A stretch of DNA of 32,000 bases from Promethearchaeum syntrophicum (GTDB taxonomy: Archaea; Asgardarchaeota; Lokiarchaeia; Sigyniarchaeales; Promethearchaeaceae), in assembly GCF_008000775.2 (NCBI RefSeq), contig NZ_CP042905.2, forward strand, positions 1,020,001-1,052,000, in the 5' to 3' direction. The notes beneath the pieces were generated by a model. It saw only the letters and a program-made list of their open reading frames with translations. It ran no database searches and was not told the DNA's origin. This document shows, piece after piece, positions 25,139 through 32,000 of the stretch (position 1 is its first letter; the number at the start of each line of letters is the position of its first letter). A program made the position numbers and the translations under genes.

Positions 25139-25504
25139 GATTTATTTAAAAAATAAAAAGAAAAAGAAATGATGATAAAGAATGATACAAAAATAATAAA
25201 AGAATTTCAAGATGATTTGGTCTTTTATAGATTTGGTTTATTTAATTTTATTAATTCGTATTCTGGGTTGTTTAATTTATATTTGAATCTCCAATTGATA
25301 AAGGAATGGAAATTTGAGTAATTATTGAATAAAATATGCAAGTTCTATTTCAAACAATATATATATAATCAATTTATAATTTTTAGGGAACATAATTAAA
25401 TATTTTAAGTGAATCAATTAATATTGTGGAGGAAATGAATAATTAGAGTAAAAATTGTTAAAATCCATAGAGTTTTATCATGGTTCTTAGTTCTTTTTTC
25501 AATT

Positions 25505-26827
25505 TTGACAATTTTTACTGGATATATAATAGCAAGAAAATGGTTTCTTATTGAGAATATCTATATTTTATCCACCCTACATAAAATTTTCGAGTGGTTT
25601 TTCTTAATCCTTCTGATTTTCCATCTGATTTTAACTTCAAAGTATTTTTCCATCAATTGGGCAAAAGAGATTCATGGTATGAGAAATTCAAGGAATCGAA
25701 AAATTCACCAATTGAGGATTCTACAGAGAATCACTAGTTGGTTGATTCTGATTAGTGTATCGCTTGTTGTATTGACTGGATTGCACAACTATCAATGGTT
25801 TTCGTTAACTCTCGGACAATTTTTTCTGTTTAAATATCATTCAGTAGTAGATGGATTTCTAACAATTTTTATACTCATTCACTCGGGATTGGGAGCAATT
25901 AAAGCAATAGAACGTAAGAAAGAGAAATTCGATAGAAATAATATTTATGTATATATGATAATGTTCTTATTGATTGGAGGGACCGTCTATTTGGAAGTTT
26001 TTCCTTATATCCTAGGAAACGATTCTATTTCCCAAAATCCTTCGAATATTTTAGAAAGTGAATCCATTGTAATAGGAGATCAAGTTTTTAATTTCAATCC
26101 TCTTGAAATACAAACGATCCGGGAAGATCTGTTTAAAAATGGTTCGTTTTCTGTATTTGATATATTGGTCTATCTTGACAATTTAGGTCAACTCGATTTG
26201 GATTACCATTTCAATGGAACGTTGAACACTTATGTTATTGACAATTTGGAACAACAAAATTTATGGTGGTATAAAATAAAATATTCAGGAGGTTGGGATG
26301 AGAAAAATGTTTTTCGAATGGATCATTATCCATGGAAGGTAGGATCATCTGTGACCCTTCAACCCGCTTCTAAATCTACACTAGATCAAATTTATGCTAC
26401 GTACCTTGAAGAAAATGAACGTTTGGTTTCAAACAATGGAACAGTCATCATTCCCAAAGTTGAAATTAATGGAAGAACAATAAACTATAATTTCTATAAC
26501 GTCACAATAAATCCACACAATTTACGTAATGATACATTCCAAGAGGGGGTAATAACTGCTATTGATATCATTATGAGTTTGGTTGATCAGGGATTAATAA
26601 GCTCTTATAATCTACAATGGTATGATGAAATAGGTACTGCTGAATTTGTTAGGAGTTATTGGGTTGAAGGGATAGAAAACGATAATGCTTACGGAACTTG
26701 TGGTTTTGTTTATGAATCGGGAGATACTGATTTTCCATTCTTTGATGGAAATCATATTCATCTTCCTTCGGATACTCGTATCTTGAATAATCCGGAATAC
26801 TCCAGATGGTTCTGGATATGTCTTTAG
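25505..26827 (+). CDS. Membrane protein: N-terminal 4-5 TM His-containing bundle (cytochrome-b/DUF4405-like, tentative) plus a ~270-aa extracytoplasmic domain of unknown function
   Basis: The TM helices carry conserved-looking His residues (LILLIFHLILT, VVLTGLHNYQ, KYHSVVDGFLTIFILIHSGLG). The C-terminal domain is rich in N/Y/W (NLWWYKIKYSGGWDEKNVFRMDHYPWKVG). The start is TTG, and the reading frame stays open 66 nt further upstream (from 25439) without an ATG/GTG/TTG. Confidence 0.6.
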   Translation: MTIFTGYIIARKWFLIENIYILSTLHKIFEWFFLILLIFHLILTSKYFSINWAKEIHGMRNSRNRKIHQLRILQRITSWLILISVSLVVLTGLHNYQWFSLTLGQFFLFKYHSVVDGFLTIFILIHSGLGAIKAIERKKEKFDRNNIYVYMIMFLLIGGTVYLEVFPYILGNDSISQNPSNILESESIVIGDQVFNFNPLEIQTIREDLFKNGSFSVFDILVYLDNLGQLDLDYHFNGTLNTYVIDNLEQQNLWWYKIKYSGGWDEKNVFRMDHYPWKVGSSVTLQPASKSTLDQIYATYLEENERLVSNNGTVIIPKVEINGRTINYNFYNVTINPHNLRNDTFQEGVITAIDIIMSLVDQGLISSYNLQWYDEIGTAEFVRSYWVEGIENDNAYGTCGFVYESGDTDFPFFDGNHIHLPSDTRILNNPEYSRWFWICL

Positions 26828-26858
26828 GCAATAAATAAATTGAAAAATTTAACTAGTA

Positions 26859-26956
26859 AGGGGAAATATAATCTTCTGCAATTTTTTTATATAGATATTG
26901 AGAATGAACGGGAGGTTTTCTAAAATTGTTCCATTTAAATCGAGAATTACCCCAAT
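26859..26956 (-). pseudogene. Orphan 5' fragment of a HAD phosphatase allele (about 33 codons, start codon ATG to ATT, DLDGT to DLNGT)
   Basis: The reverse strand reads (att)GVILDLNGTILENLPFILNIYIKKIAEDYISPY-stop. The resident gene reads MGVIFDLDGTIIDDVPFIINIHRKIAEDYNFPL. Many codon differences are synonymous (ggc/ggg, gtt/gta, ata/att, acg/aca, cca/ccg, att/atc, gag/gaa). Confidence 0.8.
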
Positions 26957-27081
26957 TTTTTTTTTTTTATTTCACCCATTAAACACTTAGATGACAAAAT
27001 TAATTTAAATAAATTGGTAGAGATATAATGCTGACATGCAAAATACCGATTTGAGTGTATCAAACTTAAGATTTGAATTTT
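26861..27081. repeat. Copy B of the ~220-bp diverged direct repeat (partner 24921-25138)
   Basis: See copy A. The T-run is expanded to T13 (26956-26968) relative to copy A. Confidence 0.85.
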
Positions 27082-27246
27082 AAATTCTGTTTTGATACAT
27101 TGAAATCAAATTATGGATAAGATATTCTTTTTTATTTTATTCATTTAAAATTCGACGACTAAACATCATTAAAATTCAAAAAATTCATAATATCTAATAA
27201 CATATATTTATAGTAAAAACATTTTAACAAAGAATAAGTGATAATT

Positions 27247-27684
27247 ATGGCAAGAAAAACAGCGAATAACTTAAAAAAGGGCAATTATTTTATTTTCGAA
27301 GGAGAACCCTATTTAGTTTCAACCAACGACCATAGTAAGTCGGGGAAACACGGACATGCCAAGAGTCGAATAGGCTGTCAGGGTTTATTTACAAAAAAGA
27401 AGAAATCTATGACATTTACTGCAGATACAAGTCTAGACGTTCCTGAAATTGAAAAAAAATCTGGGCAACTCGTAGACATTGATGATCAAGGGCAAATTGT
27501 ACATGTAATGGATCTGGAAACTTATGAAACCATGGAATTAATGTACCCTTTTGAGGAAGATGAATTAAATTTAAAAAAATTAGAGGAATTAATGCACGAT
27601 CATGATTTACAAGGTGAAACCACAATTGAATTTTGGACAGTTATGGGGAAATCGTTCGTAACGAGAGTAAACCTACCTAAATAG
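27247..27684 (+). CDS. eif5a: Translation initiation factor 5A (aIF5A)
   Basis: MARKTANNLKKGNYFIFEGEPYLVSTNDHSKSGKHGHAKSRI carries the hypusine-site motif S-K-S/T-G-K-H-G-H-A-K. A C-terminal OB-fold-sized domain follows. The track start GTG 27238 is less likely than ATG 27247. Confidence 0.9.
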   Translation: MARKTANNLKKGNYFIFEGEPYLVSTNDHSKSGKHGHAKSRIGCQGLFTKKKKSMTFTADTSLDVPEIEKKSGQLVDIDDQGQIVHVMDLETYETMELMYPFEEDELNLKKLEELMHDHDLQGETTIEFWTVMGKSFVTRVNLPK

Positions 27685-27743
27685 GGATATCAAATTTATT
27701 TTTTTTAGTTTTATCAATAAAGGGAATTTAAGGGGAATTTCAT

Positions 27744-28679
27744 ATGGATGAAAATCTTTTAAAGATCAAGCCGAAAAGCGAGGGTGATAATCGAGCTGTA
27801 GCGATAGCCTGTCGTTTAGATAGCCCAAAAGCTTTAAAGGTAGTTCAATTCATTACAGATTATTTATTGGCAAGGAAAGAAAAAATCTCATATGAAACGC
27901 GTATCTCATCAAAGTTCATTCGTCATTTTGCAAAAAACCTAGAAGATATGACTATTCATAATACTAAGTTCTTAATCTCTGTAGGAGGAGATGGGACGGT
28001 TTTAAGAATAGCTCATAATTTACCTAAAGTGGATCCTCCGTTAATTTTGGGTGTAAATTTGGGAAGTGTGGGATTTTTAGATGAATCAGATGCGGACCCT
28101 AAAATCTTAAAGAAAGATTTGGATAAAGTACTCAAAGGGGAATTTTTCATTGAAACAGCTTCAAGATTATCAACTTTTATCGGAAAACATAAACTTCCTT
28201 TAGCATTAAATGAAGTGCTCATAATTTCTTCCAAACCTTCAAAAGTGTTATATACAAGCATCGAAATTGACCAAAGTTATTTTACTTCCAGTTATTTAGA
28301 TGGTTTAATAGTCTCAACTCATACAGGGTCATCAGCTTATGCATTATCTGCTGGAGGGTGTTTAATGGATCCGAGGTTGAATGGATTTGAAATCGTTCCA
28401 CTCAACCCGTCTGCAAGTACTGGAGTGTTTCGTCCTTTGATTGTTCCAGATTTCGCAGAAGTAACCATTAAACTTGAGAGAGCGAGATTAAATGGTCTGG
28501 TTATCATAGATGGACAGGCAGAGTATAAGGTTAGTCCTCAAGTGTCTATTAAGATCTCACGCTCTGACAGTGAAATTCGATTCATTCGTTTTAAAGAGAA
28601 TGTATTAGGGTATTTCAAAAGAGTTCGGGAGAAAATCCTATTTTCGAGAAATATTATTGAAAATAGTATCGATAATTAA
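27744..28679 (+). CDS. nadK: NAD kinase
   Basis: GGDGTVLR and NLGSVGFL motifs are present, together with the C-terminal TGSSAYALSAGG motif typical of NAD kinases. Confidence 0.85.
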   Translation: MDENLLKIKPKSEGDNRAVAIACRLDSPKALKVVQFITDYLLARKEKISYETRISSKFIRHFAKNLEDMTIHNTKFLISVGGDGTVLRIAHNLPKVDPPLILGVNLGSVGFLDESDADPKILKKDLDKVLKGEFFIETASRLSTFIGKHKLPLALNEVLIISSKPSKVLYTSIEIDQSYFTSSYLDGLIVSTHTGSSAYALSAGGCLMDPRLNGFEIVPLNPSASTGVFRPLIVPDFAEVTIKLERARLNGLVIIDGQAEYKVSPQVSIKISRSDSEIRFIRFKENVLGYFKRVREKILFSRNIIENSIDN

Positions 28680-29257
28680 TGGAAAACAAAGATATGAAGC
28701 CAAATTTTAATATACTTAATTTTGTGATTTTAGATAATACAGCCTTCGTATCAAATTTGGATCCTAATCAATTATTTCATCAAAATCCTGAAATATGTTT
28801 TTATATTACATCAAGTGTATACGATGAAGCTTTAGCCAATCCTAGATCTTCACAGAGAATAGAAATAGCGGAAGTCCAACAAGTATTAAAAGTTAGAGAT
28901 CCAATGCCGGAGTCTTTGAAAATTGTTAGCGATATCGCAGAAGAAACGGGGGATATTGCTGCATTATCTAAGACAGATCAGGAGATTATGGCATTATATC
29001 TTGATTTAATAAATGATTTTCCAGAACAAAAAGGATTACTTATTTCTGATGATTATTCCGTTCAAAATACCTGCGTTCAGTTAAAAATCCCCTATTATTC
29101 ATTTCAGAAACAGGGGATTAAAAAAAGTATTAAATGGGAGATTTACTGCCCTAATTGTTTTGAAATATTTTCCCCTAGATTATTAGGAAAAGAATGTGAT
29201 CATTGTGGAGCTACTCTCAAACGGAGAGCATTTAGGGGAAAAAGAAGGAAACTTTGA
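28679..29257 (+). CDS. nob1: PIN-domain plus zinc-ribbon protein, Nob1-like pre-rRNA endonuclease
   Basis: An N-terminal PIN-like segment (FVILDNTAFVS ... LISDDYSVQNTCVQLKIPY) is followed by a C-terminal CPNC...CDHCG zinc ribbon, as in archaeal Nob1. The start overlaps the nadK stop by 1 nt (TAATG). Confidence 0.55.
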   Translation: MENKDMKPNFNILNFVILDNTAFVSNLDPNQLFHQNPEICFYITSSVYDEALANPRSSQRIEIAEVQQVLKVRDPMPESLKIVSDIAEETGDIAALSKTDQEIMALYLDLINDFPEQKGLLISDDYSVQNTCVQLKIPYYSFQKQGIKKSIKWEIYCPNCFEIFSPRLLGKECDHCGATLKRRAFRGKRRKL

Positions 29258-29338
29258 CCTTTAAATATGCCTTAGCTAAATTAAATATATTAAAGTAAAT
29301 ATATTTTGTATATTGGTAAAAGATAAAAAAGTGATATT

Positions 29339-30388
29339 ATGGGAGTTAAACTGCTAGAATTAATCAAAGATGTAAAAAAGATAATAACGTTTGAGAATTT
29401 ACTTAGTAAGACAATTGCTATTGATGCTTTTAATACCCTTTATCAATTTTTGGCAATAATTCGCGGTGTTGATGGCACACCACTAAAAGATTATAAAGGG
29501 AATGTAACTTCGCATTTATCTGGTATTTTTTATCGAACACTTAGAATAATTGAAAAAGATATCAAACCCATATACGTTTTTGACGGTCCTCCCAATCCAA
29601 TGAAAATGGCTGAAATTCAACGTAGAAGAATTATTAGACAGGATGCGGGAAAAAAAGCAAAAGAAGCTCAAGATTTAGGTAGAATCGAAGAAGCTGCCAA
29701 ATTCGCGCAAGGATCGAGCAAATTAAATTCATCGATGATTGAGGAAAGTAAAGAACTTATTGCAGCAATGGGAATACCTGTAATTCAAGCAGCTCAAGAT
29801 GGAGAGGCACAAGCAGCATTTTTAGTTCAAAATGGGGATGCTTGGGCTGTAGCTTCCCAAGATTATGATTCATTCCTCTTCGGGGCTGATCGAATTGTGC
29901 GTAATCTATCTCAAAACAGACAACGAAAAGTCAAATCAACCACTATCACTATAGACTTGGAATGGTTTAATCTCAATCAGATTTTAGACCATAACCATAT
30001 TACAAGGGAGCAATTAATCGACATTGGAATATTGAGTGGTGTTGATTTTTTTCCAGGAATCAGTGGAGTGGGAACCAAAACCGCGTTCGATCTTATCAAG
30101 AAATATGATAATCTGGATATAATGTTAGAAAAAAATATTGTAGTTCGCAAGAAACCTATCAGTGAAAGCATAAGTTTAGATACAATAAAGCAAGTTAGGG
30201 ATATTTTTCTTAATCCAGCGATTAATAAGGATTATCAAAAACCAAAATGGAAACATCCAGATAGTGATAAAATAAAGGAAATTCTTTGTAAAAGACATAA
30301 TTTTTCCCTAGAAAGAATAGATAATGCTTTAATTAGGTTAAAAAAAAAAGCGGGAACAACTCAGAAACGTATTGATAGTTTTTTTTAA
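29339..30388 (+). CDS. fen1: Flap endonuclease 1
   Basis: MGVKLLELI...IAIDAFNTLYQFL...DGTPLKD.KGNVTSHLSGIFYRT...KPIYVFDGPPNPMK and the QDYDSFLFGA and GVGTKTA motifs are present. The C-terminal QKRIDSFF is a canonical PCNA-interacting PIP box. Confidence 0.95.
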   Translation: MGVKLLELIKDVKKIITFENLLSKTIAIDAFNTLYQFLAIIRGVDGTPLKDYKGNVTSHLSGIFYRTLRIIEKDIKPIYVFDGPPNPMKMAEIQRRRIIRQDAGKKAKEAQDLGRIEEAAKFAQGSSKLNSSMIEESKELIAAMGIPVIQAAQDGEAQAAFLVQNGDAWAVASQDYDSFLFGADRIVRNLSQNRQRKVKSTTITIDLEWFNLNQILDHNHITREQLIDIGILSGVDFFPGISGVGTKTAFDLIKKYDNLDIMLEKNIVVRKKPISESISLDTIKQVRDIFLNPAINKDYQKPKWKHPDSDKIKEILCKRHNFSLERIDNALIRLKKKAGTTQKRIDSFF

Positions 30389-30454
30389 TTGATTATATTC
30401 TAGTATCAATAAATATTTACGAAAGTTTAGACTAATTAAATGTGAAAATAAAAG

Positions 30455-32000
30455 ATGAGCACACAAGGAACTCCTAAGAAGAAATCATCCAAATCGAAAA
30501 ATACTCAACTAAAATTGAAAGTTCAGGAAGCCCGCAAAAGAGACGTAGGACGTAGCATCATTCGATTAGACTCCGATTCGATGAAGCAATTATCTGTTAA
30601 TACGGGAGAAATTATTGAAATAAAAGGAAAGGAACGGACTACTGCTGCAATAGCATGGCCTTCCTACCCTCAAGACCAAGGATTGGGCATCATTCGTATT
30701 GATAGTCGCGTACGGAGAAATGCTAATGTAAAAATCGATGATTTCGTCAATGTAACAAAAGTAAAAGAAGTTACCTCAAAATCAGTTATTCTTGCCCCTA
30801 TTTCATTAAAAATAACTCCAAATGTTCGATTCGAGAGTTTTGTTAAAAGAAAATTACTTAATTTTCCAATTTCTAAAGGTGATTTAATTTATATTAACAT
30901 TGGCATGACCAAGGAAATCGTATTTCGAGCAATTTCAATTAAACCTGCCGGGATCTCTATTATTAAACAAACAACCCAACTGTCAATCAACGAATCTACT
31001 TCAGAAGAAATCCCAACGGGAATTGCTTATATCACTTATGAGGATATCGGTGGGTTAGATAATGAGATTCAGCAAGTGAGAGAAATGGTCGAACTTCCAT
31101 TAAAACACCCTGAGCTTTTCATACGCTTAGGAATTGATCCTCCTAAAGGTGTTCTATTACGTGGACCTCCTGGATGTGGCAAAACTCTTCTAGCAAAAGC
31201 AGTCGCTAATGAAAGTCGTGCTCATTTTATTTCTATTAATGGTCCTGAAATTATGAGCAAATTTTATGGTGAATCTGAGAAGAAATTAAGAAGTTTGTTT
31301 AAGGAAGCGGAAGAAAAGGGACCTAGTATTATTTTTATCGATGAAATTGATGCGATCGCTCCTAAACGCGAAAATGTTACTGGTGAAGTTGAACGTAGAG
31401 TAGTGGCACAACTGCTTGCTTTGATGGATGGCTTAGAAACTCGAGGCAGGGTTGTTATAATTGGTGCCACGAATCGACCTAATGCTGTGGACCCCGCATT
31501 GAGAAGACCCGGACGTTTCGATAGAGAATTAGAAATAAAAGTCCCTGGGGAAAAAGGAAGATTAGATATCATCCATATTCATACCCGTAAAATGCCTTTA
31601 GATAAAGATGTTGCCCTACGCGAAGTTGCCCGAATAACCCATGGATTTGTAGGTGCAGATATTGCAAGTTTAGTTCGCGAAACTGGAATGTATGCCTTAC
31701 GTAGGTACCTTCCAAACATCAATTTAGAGGAGGATGATGTTGATCCTAAAATCCTTGAAAATATGTTTGTTGAAAAGAAAGATTTTGATAACGCCTTTAA
31801 GGAAATTATCCCATCAGGAATTCGTGAGGTCTTTGTTGAGATCCCAAGTGTTCATTGGAATGATGTTGGAGGATTAGATTATACAAAACAACAATTAATC
31901 GAATCAGTAGAATGGCCCATTAAAAACCCTGCTGCTTATATGAGAATGGGTGTGTCTCCTCCAACAGGTGTTTTATTGTATGGTCCACCTGGTTGTGGAA
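30455..32000 (+). CDS. cdc48: CDC48/VCP-like AAA+ ATPase (N-terminal ~515 aa; continues beyond the window)
   Basis: Absent from the ORF track because it runs off the edge. There is an N-domain ([22 protein letters not shown]...[17 protein letters not shown]). D1 has Walker [16 protein letters not shown] and Walker [10 protein letters not shown]. The second Walker A, GPPGCG, begins at the window end. Confidence 0.95.
   Translation, partial: MSTQGTPKKKSSKSKNTQLKLKVQEARKRDVGRSIIRLDSDSMKQLSVNTGEIIEIKGKERTTAAIAWPSYPQDQGLGIIRIDSRVRRNANVKIDDFVNVTKVKEVTSKSVILAPISLKITPNVRFESFVKRKLLNFPISKGDLIYINIGMTKEIVFRAISIKPAGISIIKQTTQLSINESTSEEIPTGIAYITYEDIGGLDNEIQQVREMVELPLKHPELFIRLGIDPPKGVLLRGPPGCGKTLLAKAVANESRAHFISINGPEIMSKFYGESEKKLRSLFKEAEEKGPSIIFIDEIDAIAPKRENVTGEVERRVVAQLLALMDGLETRGRVVIIGATNRPNAVDPALRRPGRFDRELEIKVPGEKGRLDIIHIHTRKMPLDKDVALREVARITHGFVGADIASLVRETGMYALRRYLPNINLEEDDVDPKILENMFVEKKDFDNAFKEIIPSGIREVFVEIPSVHWNDVGGLDYTKQQLIESVEWPIKNPAAYMRMGVSPPTGVLLYGPPGCG

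Noticed and set aside
25169-25176. C/D-box sRNA suggested by an aTGATGAt C-box-like motif
   Set aside because: No CTGA D box, C'/D' pair or terminal stem lies within the expected 50-70 nt. The CTGA within the 71-nt conserved block is upstream and in the wrong arrangement.
1-32000. CRISPR arrays, rRNA/tRNA genes, inteins in CDC48 or other genes
   Set aside because: No regularly spaced direct repeats and no G+C-rich structured RNA islands stand out from the AT-rich background. The AAA+ and other conserved proteins read collinearly without insertions.

Overview
This is a visibly AT-rich archaeal chromosomal segment (composition not computed), densely coding on both strands, with no rRNA, tRNA or CRISPR array that I could find. 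Housekeeping genes dominate. They include SRP54, r-proteins L40e and L38e, Pth2, aIF5A, NAD kinase, a Nob1-like PIN/Zn-ribbon protein, FEN1 with a C-terminal QxxIxxFF PIP box, CDC48 (partial), NadC, a YgiQ-type radical SAM protein, AMMECR1, a dihydroorotase-like amidohydrolase, and a glycogen-type cluster (GH57 branching enzyme, PGM-like protein, NDP-sugar pyrophosphorylase). A eukaryote-like Rab/Ras-family small GTPase, an LRR protein and L38e suggest an AT-rich Asgard (Lokiarchaeia-like) archaeon; this is inference from gene content only. The most unusual region is 20.2-27.1 kb, between srp54 and aIF5A. (a) The LRR gene is bracketed by the real srp54 start and a diverged copy of srp54 codons 1-40. 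(b) A 440-aa membrane/extracytoplasmic gene is bracketed by two diverged copies of about 220 bp covering the 5' end and upstream region of a HAD phosphatase gene. (c) Between these lies a tandem pair of divergent IS200/IS605 TnpA-like (Y1/HUH-fold) paralogs with H-x-E in place of HUH, followed by a 7-TM protein. Both 5' stubs differ from the resident copy largely by synonymous changes, so they look like pieces of diverged alleles rather than decaying local duplicates. That points to recombination or integration junctions, or to a strain-chimeric assembly. Other items worth a second look: a 67-aa co-terminal C-terminal module shared by the LRR protein and a membrane protein next to the GTPase; a DMT transporter fused to an Lrp/AsnC-type RAM domain followed by two stand-alone RAM proteins; a secreted multidomain clan-CD-like peptidase; and a PGM/PMM-family protein with degenerate catalytic motifs. 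All calls rest on reading the translations and motifs by eye. No searches were run.
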